DNA of 54,941 nucleotides, taken from NCBI GenBank assembly GCA_046262035.1, contig JBHENM010000144.1, positions 1-54,941 of the forward strand, in the 5' to 3' direction. The notes beneath the pieces were generated by a model. The model did no database searches. It had not been told where the DNA came from and worked only from the letters and a program-made list of their open reading frames with translations. The position numbers and the translations under genes were made by a program. Positions 1 to 10,738 of the stretch are shown here, piece after piece. The stretch is from Acidimicrobiales bacterium (lineage in GTDB: Bacteria > Actinomycetota > Acidimicrobiia > Acidimicrobiales > AC-14). Position 1 is the stretch's first letter; the number at the start of each line of letters is the position of its first letter.

Positions 1-665
1 AGGGAGCCGATGCTCATCTCGCGGGAACCCTGGCCTGTCGACCAACCGCCTACGACGAAGTCCCGCCGCCGGCCGCACTTGACCTTCCACCAGGCGGGCG
101 ACCGGCGCCCAGGCTGGTAGGTGGCGTCCAGCCGCTTGGCCATGAAGCCCTCGAGCCCGAGCTTCCGGCACGCCTCCATCAGCTCGTCGGGGGTGGCGTC
201 GAGGACGGGGCCGGTCTGCCACGCGGAACCCCTGATCTCGAGGCTCTCCAGGATGCGGCGGCGCTCTGTCTGCGGGCACTCGACCAGGAACTCCCCGTCG
301 AGCCACAGGACGTCGAAGGCCACGAACACGACCGGCGCTTCGGCGAGCAACCGAGAGGTGGGCTGAATCACGTGCATCCGCCGCTGGAGGCGCTGAAAAC
401 TCGTCTGGCCCTTCTCGTTGAACGTGACAACCTCTCCGTCGAGGACGGCCGAGTGCGGGGCCAGGGACTCCGCCAGGCCCGCCACCTCGGGGTAGGTGCC
501 GGTGATCTCGCCTGCGCGCCGGTTCAGCAGCGTCACCCGCGACGGTTCCACGACGGCCACCACCCGCTGACCGTCGAGCTTGGGCTCGAGCTGGTAGGCA
601 TCGGGATTGGGCGGGATGCCGTTGCCACCGGCGAGCATGGGGAGGAGGCGCGGGGGCGAACTCAC
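1..665 (-). CDS. ATP-dependent DNA ligase (LigD ligase-domain / LigC-like); C-terminal part runs off the left edge
   Basis: Not in the ORF track because there is no stop in the window. My minus-strand translation from GTG 665 (or ATG 638) gives VSSPPRLLPMLAGG..YQLEPKLDGQRVV (KxDG adenylation motif)..VAFDVLWLDGE..GLEGFMAKRLDATYQPGRRSPAWWKVK. Strong G/C third-position bias. Confidence 0.8.
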   Translation of the reverse strand, partial: MSSPPRLLPMLAGGNGIPPNPDAYQLEPKLDGQRVVAVVEPSRVTLLNRRAGEITGTYPEVAGLAESLAPHSAVLDGEVVTFNEKGQTSFQRLQRRMHVIQPTSRLLAEAPVVFVAFDVLWLDGEFLVECPQTERRRILESLEIRGSAWQTGPVLDATPDELMEACRKLGLEGFMAKRLDATYQPGRRSPAWWKVKCGRRRDFVVGGWSTGQGSREMSIGS

Positions 666-692
666 GCCGCCGCGGGATGAGCCGTCCGGCAC

Positions 693-2120
693 CTAGGGGC
701 CGATCACGACCAGGCGCTCCTCGGTCATCTCCCGCACGGCCCAGGCCGGGCCCTCCTTGGTGTTCCCGCTGGCCCGCACCCCGCCGTAGGGCATCTGGTC
801 GGCTCGCCAGGTGGGCACTTCGTTGACCAGGACAGTTCCGAAGTGGAGCTCGCGGGCCGCGCGCAAGGCGGCGCCCAGGCTCTCGGTGAAGATGCCGGCC
901 TGGAGGCCGTAGCGGGTGTCGTCGGCCAGGCGGAGGGCCTCGTCCAGCTCGTCGTAGGCCTGGACCGCCACCACCGGCCCGAACACCTCGTCCCGGCAGA
1001 CCCGCATGTCGGGGCTGACGTTGCGCATCACCGTGGGCTGCAGCAGGCCGTCCCGCACGTCGCCGCCCACCACCACCTCCGCTCCCCCGGCTACGGCCTC
1101 GTCGATCCACGCCTTCACCCGATCGCGATCGTCGGTCGAGATGAGAGCGGACACGTCGGTGGCCTCGTCCATGGGATCCCCGACCACCAGGTCCCCCACC
1201 AGCTTGCCGAGGGTCGCGCAGAAGCCGTCGACGATGGAGGCGTGGACGTACACCCGCTGCGTCGAGACGCAGGACTGGCCGGCGTGGCTGAACCCGGCGA
1301 CAGAGATGGTGCGGGCGGCCCGGTCCCAGTCCCCGTCGGCATCGATGATCACGGGTGAGTTGTTCCCGAGCTCGAGGGCGACCTTCTTCCGCCCGGCGGT
1401 GGCCTTCAGCTCCCATCCCACCTCACCCGAGCCGGTGAAGCTGAGGTAGGCGACGTCGGGGTGCCCGACCAGGGCCTTGCCCGCCGTGCCCCCTCCTCCG
1501 GTGACCACGCTCAGATAGCCGGCGGGCAGTCCGCAGTCGTCCAGCAGGAGCTCGGCCAGCGCCAGGGCCGACAGCGGGGTCTGGCTGGCGGGCTTGAGCA
1601 CCACCGGGCAGCCGGCGGCGATAGCCGGGGCCAGCTTGTGGGCCACCAGGTTCAGGGGGAAGTTGAAGGGGCTGATGGCCCCCACCACGCCGATGGGGAC
1701 CCGCAGGGTGAAGGCCAGCTTGCCCTCCCCGATCTCGGCGGCGTCGACGGGCACCGCCTCGCCCGTGAGGGTCCGGGCGGCGACGGCGGCGAAGGTGAAC
1801 GTGCTGACCGCCCGGCGAGCCTCGATACGAGCGGTCTTCAGGGGCTTGGACGCCTCGCCGGCGATGATGCGGGCGAAGTCCTCCGAGCGCTCGTCCAGGA
1901 GCCGGGCGGCCCGGTCGAGGATCTCGGCCCGGCGCCAGGGAGGCAGCGGCGCGGCGTCCAGTGCTGACCGAGCGGCCGCCACCGCCCGCTCGACCTCCTC
2001 GGGACCGCAGGCCGGGACCCGGCCCAGTTCCGCCCCGTCGTACGGGGATCGGACGATCAGCGCGTCACCGCCACCCGCGAACCGCTCGTCACCGATCGGC
2101 ACCGGGCGGACCTCGGCCAT
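693..2120 (-). CDS. NAD(P)-dependent aldehyde dehydrogenase family protein
   Basis: 475-aa ORF with ALDH hallmarks FTGSGEVG, ELGNNSP (catalytic Glu motif) and GQSCVS (catalytic Cys). ATG at 2120. Confidence 0.9.
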   Translation of the reverse strand: MAEVRPVPIGDERFAGGGDALIVRSPYDGAELGRVPACGPEEVERAVAAARSALDAAPLPPWRRAEILDRAARLLDERSEDFARIIAGEASKPLKTARIEARRAVSTFTFAAVAARTLTGEAVPVDAAEIGEGKLAFTLRVPIGVVGAISPFNFPLNLVAHKLAPAIAAGCPVVLKPASQTPLSALALAELLLDDCGLPAGYLSVVTGGGGTAGKALVGHPDVAYLSFTGSGEVGWELKATAGRKKVALELGNNSPVIIDADGDWDRAARTISVAGFSHAGQSCVSTQRVYVHASIVDGFCATLGKLVGDLVVGDPMDEATDVSALISTDDRDRVKAWIDEAVAGGAEVVVGGDVRDGLLQPTVMRNVSPDMRVCRDEVFGPVVAVQAYDELDEALRLADDTRYGLQAGIFTESLGAALRAARELHFGTVLVNEVPTWRADQMPYGGVRASGNTKEGPAWAVREMTEERLVVIGP

Positions 2121-2129
2121 GGCCCGATG

Positions 2130-3539
2130 CTACGGCGCCCCCGACCGGTCGAGTATCCGGGTCGCCGCTCGTTCGGCCTGCTGAACGCAGGCGGCGATTC
2201 CGAGGCCGTGGTAGGCGGCGCCGGTGAGCACCAGCCTCGGCGACACCCGGGCCACGGCCTGCTCGATGCGGGCCACCCGAGCGGCGTGGCCGACCTCGTA
2301 CTGGGGGAAGGCCTGGGGCCAGCGGACGACCATGGACTCTTCCGGTGCGGCCCGTAGCCCCAGGGCTTCGGTCAGTTCGGCGTGAAGGCGAGCGACGAGG
2401 GCGTCGTCATCCATGTGCAGGGCCCGGTCGTCGCCCGCTCTCCCGGCCGAGGCCCGCAGGAGGACCCGGCCCGAGCGGGCCAAGTCGGGCCACTTGGATG
2501 TCAACCACGTGCAGGCGGTCAGCAGCCGCCCGTCGACCGCTGGGACCAGGAACCCGCTCCCGTCCAGCGGGTGGGATACCGCGTCGGGCCGGTAAGCCAG
2601 GGTCGCCGAAACCACCGACGCGTAGGTGATCCCCTCCAGGTCGGGGACGACCTGGGGGCAGGCGGCGCCCAGCAGGGCCGCGAACGCGGGCACGGTCAGG
2701 ACGACCGCGTGCGTCTCCACCTCGCCCGCTGAGCCGCAGTCCAACCGCCAGCTCCGGCCGTCCCGATCAGCCGGTAGCAACGACTCCACCCGTGCGCCGG
2801 TGCGAACGTCCACCCCCTCCAAGCGCTCGCCCAGCCGATCCACCAGCCGACCGAGTCCACCCCGGACCCCGAGGAAGAGTGGACCTTCCAGCGCCGGGGC
2901 GGCCCCGTCTGCCCCGGCCGTTTCCCGCAGTCCGAGTAGCAGGCTCCGGTTCCGGCGCGCCGCCTCGGCCACCACCGGCGCCACCGAGGCCAGGCTGAGG
3001 CGGTCGGTCGACCCGGCGTGGATCCCGCCCAGGAGGGGGTCCACCAGGCGATCGACAACCTCCCGGCCGTACCGGTGGCCGACGATCTCGGCCACCGACG
3101 GGTCGTCACCCGTCGCCCGCCCCCGGCCCGCGTCCCGCGGGAGGACGAGGTCGAGGGCAGCCCGGGCCATCCCCGCGGGCGACACCAGGCCCGACCGGGC
3201 CAGGGGCCCGAGACGGCTGGGCACTCCGAGCACGTGACCGGTGGGCAGGGGACGCAGCCGGCCCCGGGTCCACACGTAGGCCCGGCCCGTGGCCGGCGCC
3301 ACCAGGTCGTCCTCAAGGCCGAGAGCCCGGCACAGGTCCACCGCCCAGGGCACGCGGGCCAGGAACGTGTCGGGCCCCGCCTCCACGGGCACGCCCATCC
3401 ACTCGCCGGTGCGAATCTTGCCTCCGAGCCGGTCGTCCCCTTCGAGGAGGACGACCGTCAGGTCGGGGGCCTGCTGGCGCAGGAACCACGCCGTCGCCAG
3501 CCCGCTGATGCCGCCGCCGACGACGGCGACGTCAACCAA
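2130..3539 (-). CDS. hemY: protoporphyrinogen/coproporphyrinogen III oxidase (HemY/CgoX family, FAD-dependent)
   Basis: C-terminal ~470 aa of the 661-aa ORF begins LVDVAVVGGGISGLATAW (GxGxxG FAD fold). Start moved to in-frame TTG 3539, which overlaps the hemH stop. The upstream 192 aa of the ORF is an out-of-frame read of hemH. Confidence 0.85.
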   Translation of the reverse strand: MVDVAVVGGGISGLATAWFLRQQAPDLTVVLLEGDDRLGGKIRTGEWMGVPVEAGPDTFLARVPWAVDLCRALGLEDDLVAPATGRAYVWTRGRLRPLPTGHVLGVPSRLGPLARSGLVSPAGMARAALDLVLPRDAGRGRATGDDPSVAEIVGHRYGREVVDRLVDPLLGGIHAGSTDRLSLASVAPVVAEAARRNRSLLLGLRETAGADGAAPALEGPLFLGVRGGLGRLVDRLGERLEGVDVRTGARVESLLPADRDGRSWRLDCGSAGEVETHAVVLTVPAFAALLGAACPQVVPDLEGITYASVVSATLAYRPDAVSHPLDGSGFLVPAVDGRLLTACTWLTSKWPDLARSGRVLLRASAGRAGDDRALHMDDDALVARLHAELTEALGLRAAPEESMVVRWPQAFPQYEVGHAARVARIEQAVARVSPRLVLTGAAYHGLGIAACVQQAERAATRILDRSGAP

Positions 3540-4407
3540 GCCGCCGGACCAGCGACGCCAGCGAGCCGCAGAAGGCAGGGTGGTCGTTGGGCATCCGGGT
3601 GCGGGCAAACCCGATCCCCAGCCGCTCGGCCTCGGCCTTCGCCTCCACGTCCAGGTCGTACAGCACTTCCAGGTGGTCGGAGACGAACCCGCAGGCGCAC
3701 ACCACCACCGCGCCCCCGCCTGACTCGGCTCGGCTCCGCAATACATCGAGGATGTCGGGGCCCATCCAGGGCTCTGACGTGCGCCCTGCGCTCTGCCACC
3801 CAATCGACCACCGCTCGAGCCCCTCCCGCTGGGCCACCGCCTCGGCCGTCTCGCGGAGCTGCTCGGGATAGGGATCGTTCTCGGCCAGGATGCGCGCGGG
3901 GAGGCTGTGGGCCGTGAACACCACCTCCATCCCGTGCGGGTCCACGTCGCCCATGCCCGCCACCGCCTCCCCGACGAAGCGGGCCAGCAGGTCCAGGTAG
4001 CCGGGCTCCAGGTGCCAGGACTCCACCATGGCCAGCTCGACGCCGCAGTCGGCGGCAGCCGCCATCGCCCGGGCCGCGTACTCGCCGACCGAGAGCCGGG
4101 AGAAGTGCGGCGCAAGCACCAGGCCCACCACTCGCTCGACCCCGGCTTCAGCCAGGGCCCGCACCCCGTCCTCCACGAAGGGCGGCGCGTGCTTCATCCC
4201 CAGCCGGACGATCCACCCGTCGCCCAGGGCCGCCTGCAGCCCTGCGGCCTGGGACTGCGTGCGTTCCAGCAGGGGTGACGTGCCGCCGATGGCGTCGTAC
4301 CGCCGCTTCAGGTCGGCCAGCTGCTCCGGTGTGGGTGGGCGGCCGCGCCGGATGTGGAGGTAGTAGGGCTCGATCTCGTCGGGAGTGGCCGGGGTGCCGT
4401 AGGCCAT
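3532..4407 (-). CDS. hemH: ferrochelatase (coproporphyrin ferrochelatase type)
   Basis: MAYGTPATPDEIEPYYLHIRRGRPPTPEQL..YDAIGGTSPL..FTAHSLP..SDHLEVLYDLD are typical ferrochelatase blocks. ATG 4407 chosen because the longer ORF overlaps hemE out of frame. Confidence 0.85.
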   Translation of the reverse strand: MAYGTPATPDEIEPYYLHIRRGRPPTPEQLADLKRRYDAIGGTSPLLERTQSQAAGLQAALGDGWIVRLGMKHAPPFVEDGVRALAEAGVERVVGLVLAPHFSRLSVGEYAARAMAAAADCGVELAMVESWHLEPGYLDLLARFVGEAVAGMGDVDPHGMEVVFTAHSLPARILAENDPYPEQLRETAEAVAQREGLERWSIGWQSAGRTSEPWMGPDILDVLRSRAESGGGAVVVCACGFVSDHLEVLYDLDVEAKAEAERLGIGFARTRMPNDHPAFCGSLASLVRRLG

Positions 4408-4432
4408 GGCCAGCAGTCCCCGGGGTGCATCG

Positions 4433-5512
4433 TCAGCCGTTTGCCGGCTCCCGCTCGTGCACGTGGTCCACGATCCGTCGCAGGGTGTCGGGGTCGGTCT
4501 GGGGCAGGACCCCCCATCCCAGGTTGAACACGTGCCCCGGGCGGCCGCGGTTGCGAGCCAGGACGTCGTCCACCCCCTCGGCCACCAGCTCCCAGGGCGC
4601 GAGGCACCGGGCGGGGTCGAGGTTGCCCTGGACGGCGACATCGGGCCCCAGCCGGTCCCGAGCACGGTCGAGCGGGACCCGCCAGTCCACCCCGACCACG
4701 TCCGCCCCCGCTTCGGCCATCAGCTCCAACGACTCGCCCGTGCCGACCCCGAAGTGGATCCGGGGAACGGCGGCTCTCCCGCTCAGAGGGCCGCTCGGGC
4801 CCAGGTCGCCCACCGCGGCGAACAGCTGCCGGCTGGCGGGAAGCACGTACCGGCGGTAGTCGGCGGGCGACAGGAAGCCGGCCCACGAGTCGAACACCTG
4901 CACGGCGGCGGCACCGGCCTCCACCTGGGCCCGCAGCGAGACCACGGCCAGCCCGGCCAGGGCCTCGACCAGGGCCGACCACGTGTCGGGCTCGCCGTAC
5001 ATGAGCGCCTTGGTCCGGGCGTGGTTCTTGGACGGCCCGCCCTCGATCAGATAGCTGGCCAGGGTGAAGGGACCACCGGCGAAGCCGATGAGGGGCACGT
5101 CCAGCTCCTTCACCAGGAGCCGCACCGTCTCCATGACGTAGGGCATGTCGGTTTCGGGCTCCAGTGGGCGCAGCCGCACCAGATCCTCGGCCGACCGGAA
5201 GGGCTCCCCCACGATGGGCCCGGTCCCGGCCTCGAGGGCGATGTCGATCCCGATGGCCACGAGAGGGACGACGATGTCGGAGAACAGGATGGCGGCGTCC
5301 ACCCCGAGGCGGCGAACGGGCTGCAGGGTGACCTCCGCCGCCAGCTCCGGCGACCGCACGATGTCGAACATCCCCGCCCGCTCCCGGATGGCCCGGTACT
5401 CGGGCAGGCACCGACCGGCCTGGCGCATGAACCACACCGGCACCCGCTCGCAGGGCTCGCCGCGGCAGGCGGCGAGGAAGGGGGCGGTCACGAGATGGAC
5501 GTTACCTGTCAC
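4433..5512 (-). CDS. hemE: uroporphyrinogen decarboxylase
   Basis: [30 protein letters not shown] is the classic HemE N-terminus. Start is GTG 5512 or GTG 5491. Contains the dispersed repeat at 4774-4805. Confidence 0.9.
   Translation of the reverse strand: MTGNVHLVTAPFLAACRGEPCERVPVWFMRQAGRCLPEYRAIRERAGMFDIVRSPELAAEVTLQPVRRLGVDAAILFSDIVVPLVAIGIDIALEAGTGPIVGEPFRSAEDLVRLRPLEPETDMPYVMETVRLLVKELDVPLIGFAGGPFTLASYLIEGGPSKNHARTKALMYGEPDTWSALVEALAGLAVVSLRAQVEAGAAAVQVFDSWAGFLSPADYRRYVLPASRQLFAAVGDLGPSGPLSGRAAVPRIHFGVGTGESLELMAEAGADVVGVDWRVPLDRARDRLGPDVAVQGNLDPARCLAPWELVAEGVDDVLARNRGRPGHVFNLGWGVLPQTDPDTLRRIVDHVHEREPANG
4774..4805 (-). repeat. dispersed GC-rich repeat, copy in hemE (read as GPSGPLSG)
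   Basis: Plus strand ctctcccgctcagagggccgctcgggcccagg. It shares 27 identical nt with the reverse complement of 51331-51362. Confidence 0.85.
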
Positions 5513-5984
5513 TCCGGCGGCGGCTCAGTCGAAGCAGACCCACCCCGGCCAGAGCCGCCGCCCCCACCAGAACCACAGCCGCGACCGACGGCACGACCGG
5601 CTCCGGGGCGTCCAACGCGCCGAGGGCGAGGCCCGCCAGCAGCAGGTTGCGCTGCAGGTCGACCGAGGACACGGGCTCGCTGGACACGGCCCCGAAGCAC
5701 GTGCAGCCGGTCGAGACCCCCGCTCGGACGGCTCGGGCCAGGACCACGCTGAACACCACGAGCAGGGCGAGGGCGACCACGCCCCCCACGGCAGGAAGCG
5801 CCACCAGCAGGGCGGCGACGGCCAGCTCCACCACCGGGACCGCCCGCGACAACACCCCCGGGGCGGGCAGGCCCATGGCCCCGAAGCCGGCGGCGGTCAG
5901 CGCGGGACGGGCGAGCTTGGCCGCCGCCGCCCGTACGAAGGTGACGGCCAGGACCAACGCGCACAGGTACCCGAAGCCTTCCAT
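5502..5984 (-). CDS. MauE/DoxX-family integral membrane protein
   Basis: Last 160 aa of the 633-aa ORF: [27 protein letters not shown]..., four hydrophobic helices, CTCFG motif. ATG 5984. The rest of the ORF is antisense to thiC. Confidence 0.6.
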   Translation of the reverse strand: MEGFGYLCALVLAVTFVRAAAAKLARPALTAAGFGAMGLPAPGVLSRAVPVVELAVAALLVALPAVGGVVALALLVVFSVVLARAVRAGVSTGCTCFGAVSSEPVSSVDLQRNLLLAGLALGALDAPEPVVPSVAAVVLVGAAALAGVGLLRLSRRRSDR

Positions 5985-6004
5985 GGCACCGCCACGGTAC
6001 GGTG

Positions 6005-7798
<1,794 letters not shown>

Positions 7799-7799
<1 letters not shown>

Positions 7800-9259
7800 T
7801 GCCTCTCGTCCGGGCTCGCAAGCCGGCTGCAGCGAAGACAGTGCGGGTCTGGGAGGACGACCCCATCTCGACGGGTGCCGTGCCCATCGAGCGCCCGGTC
7901 CCCAAGCTCCCCACGGGCCGGATGAAGGTCACGATCGACGGCGCCGCTCCGGTGGCCCAACCCTACGACCCCGGCACTCCCGAGTTCCGCTACTGGGTGG
8001 CGGCCGAGGTGCTGAAGCGGGCGGTGTCGTTCTGGTCTCCCCTTCTCCCCAAAGGCACGGGCTGGCAGAAGGGCTCGGCCCTCACCGTCCGGCTCGACGC
8101 TGGTGACAAGGTCAACGCCCTCTACAACCGGGAGACGCTCACCTTCTTCCACGCCAACGTCGCCGGTACCACCATCTATACGGGAGAGAGCCCAGACGTC
8201 GTCGCCCACGAGCTGGGCCACGCCGTCCTCGACGCCATCCGCCCCCAGCTGTGGGACGCCATGAGCTCGGAAGTGGCGGCCTTCCACGAGTCCTTCGGCG
8301 ACATCAGCGCCATCCTGGTCGCACTCCAGCTCTCGAGCGTCCGCCAGCGGGCCATCGCCGAGACGGAGGGCCGCTACCGATCGTCGCGGGTATCGCGGGT
8401 GGCGGAGCAGATGGGTTGGGCGGTGCGCCAGCGCCAGCCCTGTGCCGTCGAGCCCGACTGCCTCCGCAACGCGGTCAACTGCTTCGCCTACGCCCCGACC
8501 GCCGCGCTCCCCATGCTCGCACCGGCGTCGGCCCTTTCGTCAGCCCCGCACTCGTTCTCGAGGGTCTTCACCGCCGCCTTCTTCGAGGCGTTTGCAGGGA
8601 TGATGGTCACCCTGAGCCGCCAGCCCACGGCGGACCACCTTCTCGAGGCCAGCCAGGACGCCGGCCGGCTGCTGGTGGCCGCCGTGCGGGGTGCCCCGGT
8701 CGTCCCCGATTACTACGCCCAGGTGGCGGCCCAGATGATCGTCGCTGACGGCGTGATGTTCGAAGGCAAGTACGCTGCCGCGCTGGAGTACGGGTTCCTG
8801 TCGCGCTCTTTGCTTTCGCCCGCCAGTGTGACCCGGGGGGCGCAACCGGCCCTGGCCGTGGCGGCCATGGCGCCGGGCCCCGGTGCCCGCGCCGCCCCCC
8901 GCCGATCGGAGCTTCCGACGATCACGCTCCCGGGCCATGACTTCGGACTGGGCAGCCGTCCGCTGCTCGTGAGCGCGGCAGGCGAGCCCGGCCGGCTAGC
9001 TGTCGCTTCCAACGGGCTCGACGGAGCTCCCTCGACACCTCTCTCCGCCGAGATGGCGGCCCGGGCGTTCCTGTCCGAGCTGGTGATGAGGGACCGGGTG
9101 GACGTCCCCGGCCGTCCGCCCGACGATCTGGGCGCCCCCCGCAGTCGGATGAGGACCCACGAGATCGTCGAAGAGGGAGAAGCCCTCGTCGTGGTCCGGC
9201 GGTTGTTCGAAGCTCCCGCTACCCTCGCCTGCTGTGGCCGGTCCCGAAGAACGGGATGA
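7799..9259 (+). CDS. thermolysin-like (gluzincin) zinc-metalloprotease-domain protein; no signal peptide seen
   Basis: HELGH (HExxH) followed 23 aa later by AAFHESFGDISA, resembling the M4 NExxSD third-ligand block. ATG 7799 overlaps the thiC stop (TAATG). The upstream part of the 584-aa ORF is an out-of-frame read of thiC. Confidence 0.6.
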
Positions 9260-9419
9260 GGACGAGGAGGCGGCTCGGTTCGTCGAAGGCCTGATCGCCC
9301 GAGGCGAGGCGGCCGAGCCTGACGCGAACGGCGAGCTTCCCGAGGGGGCGACCCACGAGATCGTGACCGACGCCGCCGGCGTGCGCCGCGTTCGCCGCCG
9401 CCGGTTCTGGAGCGCCTGA
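9234..9419 (+). CDS. small charged protein (61 aa) or frameshifted continuation of the preceding gene
   Basis: Good G/C3 bias. Repeats the THEIV..G..V.RR.F module found at the C-terminus of the upstream protein, and the 14-nt acccacgagatcgt occurs at both 9155 and 9351. Confidence 0.4.
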   Translation: MAGPEERDEDEEAARFVEGLIARGEAAEPDANGELPEGATHEIVTDAAGVRRVRRRRFWSA

Positions 9420-9428
9420 CGCTCGGGA

Positions 9429-10070
9429 TCAGCCGCTCGGCCCTCCCGGGCCTCCACTCAGCCGCTCGGCGACGAGCCTCAGGTCCTGGACGAAGGCCGC
9501 CATCTCCGCTTGGCGAGCGGCATCGTCGCCAGCCCGCAAGATCGAGGACGGGTGCACGGTGGCGGTGAGCACGGGCCCGAGCAGGCCCACAACGAACTCC
9601 CCCCGCTGGCGGCTGACCCGGAACGAGCTGCCCAGGAGGGCCTGAGCTGCAGTGGCACCCAGGCAGACCACCACCTCGGGTGAGACAGTCTCGATCTCGG
9701 CCTCGAGCCACGGGCGGCAGGCGGTGATCTCCTCAGCGTTAGGCCGCTTGTGCAGCCGCCGCTTCCCCCTCGCCTCCCACTTGAAGTGCTTGACCACGTT
9801 GGTGACGTACACCAGCTTCCGGTCGATGCCCGCTTCGTCGAGGCCTCGGTCGAGGAGGCGTCCCGCGGGCCCGACGAAGGGACGCCCTTCCAGGTCCTCA
9901 CGGTCGCCGGGCTGCTCGCCCACCAGCATCAGCCTGGCCTTCTCAGTGCCCTCGCCGAAGACGGTTTGCGCGGCGTTCTTCCACAGCGGGCAGGCCTGGC
10001 ACCCGGAGGCCGCCTCTCGCAGAGCGGAAAGCGTGGGCTGCGGAGGAACGAGGTCGGCGGCGGTGCTCAA
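9429..10070 (-). CDS. uracil-DNA glycosylase, family 4 type
   Basis: CQACPLW..VFGEG...LMLVGEQPGDREDLEGRPFVGPAGRLLD..VHPSSILR are the canonical family-4 UDG motifs. Confidence 0.85.
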   Translation of the reverse strand: MSTAADLVPPQPTLSALREAASGCQACPLWKNAAQTVFGEGTEKARLMLVGEQPGDREDLEGRPFVGPAGRLLDRGLDEAGIDRKLVYVTNVVKHFKWEARGKRRLHKRPNAEEITACRPWLEAEIETVSPEVVVCLGATAAQALLGSSFRVSRQRGEFVVGLLGPVLTATVHPSSILRAGDDAARQAEMAAFVQDLRLVAERLSGGPGGPSG

Positions 10071-10114
10071 CAGCTTGAGACCTACCGCCAGCGGATGGCG
10101 TCCAAACTGGGCCG

Positions 10115-10663
10115 GTGGACGAGTCGCTCCTCACTGTGGGCCACGGGACCCTCTCCGAGCACGAGCTGGGTGAGGTCTTGACGGCCGCCGGGGTCCGCCG
10201 GGTGGTCGACGTCCGGACCTCCCCCGGCAGCCGCCGGCATCCCCACTTCAGCCGCCACGCCCTGGCCGAGTGGCTCCCCGCCGCCGGCATCTCCTACCGG
10301 TGGGAGCCGGACCTGGGAGGGTGGCGACGGGCCCGTCCCGACTCACCTCACGTGGCCCTCCACAACTCCTCGTTCCGGGGCTACGCCGACCACATGGGGA
10401 CGGCCGGGTTCTGGACCGCGCTCGATGCCGTCCTGGCCGAGGCGGCCCGGGACCGCACCGCGGTCATGTGCTCGGAGACGCTGTGGTGGCGCTGCCACCG
10501 CCGGCTGCTGGCCGACGCCGCCGCCCTGGTCCGCTCGGTCGAGGTGCTCCATCTGGGCCACGACGGCGGGCTGGTTCCGCACGTCCCCACCGAAGGCGTG
10601 CGCCGCGCCGGCGACGAGCTGATCTACGACGTGGGCCACACCCACGGCCTCCCCGGCCTCTGA
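10115..10663 (+). CDS. DUF488 domain protein
   Basis: LLTVGHGT...VVDVRTSPGSRRHPHFS...ISYRWEPDLGG...MCSETLWWRCHRRLLAD matches my memory of the DUF488 (YeaO-like) pattern. Confidence 0.75.
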   Translation: MDESLLTVGHGTLSEHELGEVLTAAGVRRVVDVRTSPGSRRHPHFSRHALAEWLPAAGISYRWEPDLGGWRRARPDSPHVALHNSSFRGYADHMGTAGFWTALDAVLAEAARDRTAVMCSETLWWRCHRRLLADAAALVRSVEVLHLGHDGGLVPHVPTEGVRRAGDELIYDVGHTHGLPGL

Positions 10664-10738
10664 CCCGGGTCCCGCCCCAGTCGGAAATGGGGGCATGGCT
10701 CCCTAGAACCTCGCCCTGCCGGGGCCGATACTTGGCCA

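Noticed and set aside
3540-4115. N-terminal 192 aa of the 661-aa hemY ORF, as a possible fused domain.
   Set aside because: It is a Trp/Arg/Ser-rich out-of-frame read of hemH. The FAD GxGxxG motif sits right after in-frame TTG 3539, which overlaps the hemH stop.
9424-9466. UDG C-terminal tail (ERLSGGPGGPSG*; gccgctcggccctcccgggcctccactcagccgctcgg) as a fifth copy of the dispersed repeat.
   Set aside because: It shares only short words (gccgctcgg, ctcag) in a different order. That is not enough identity to call without a genome-wide model.
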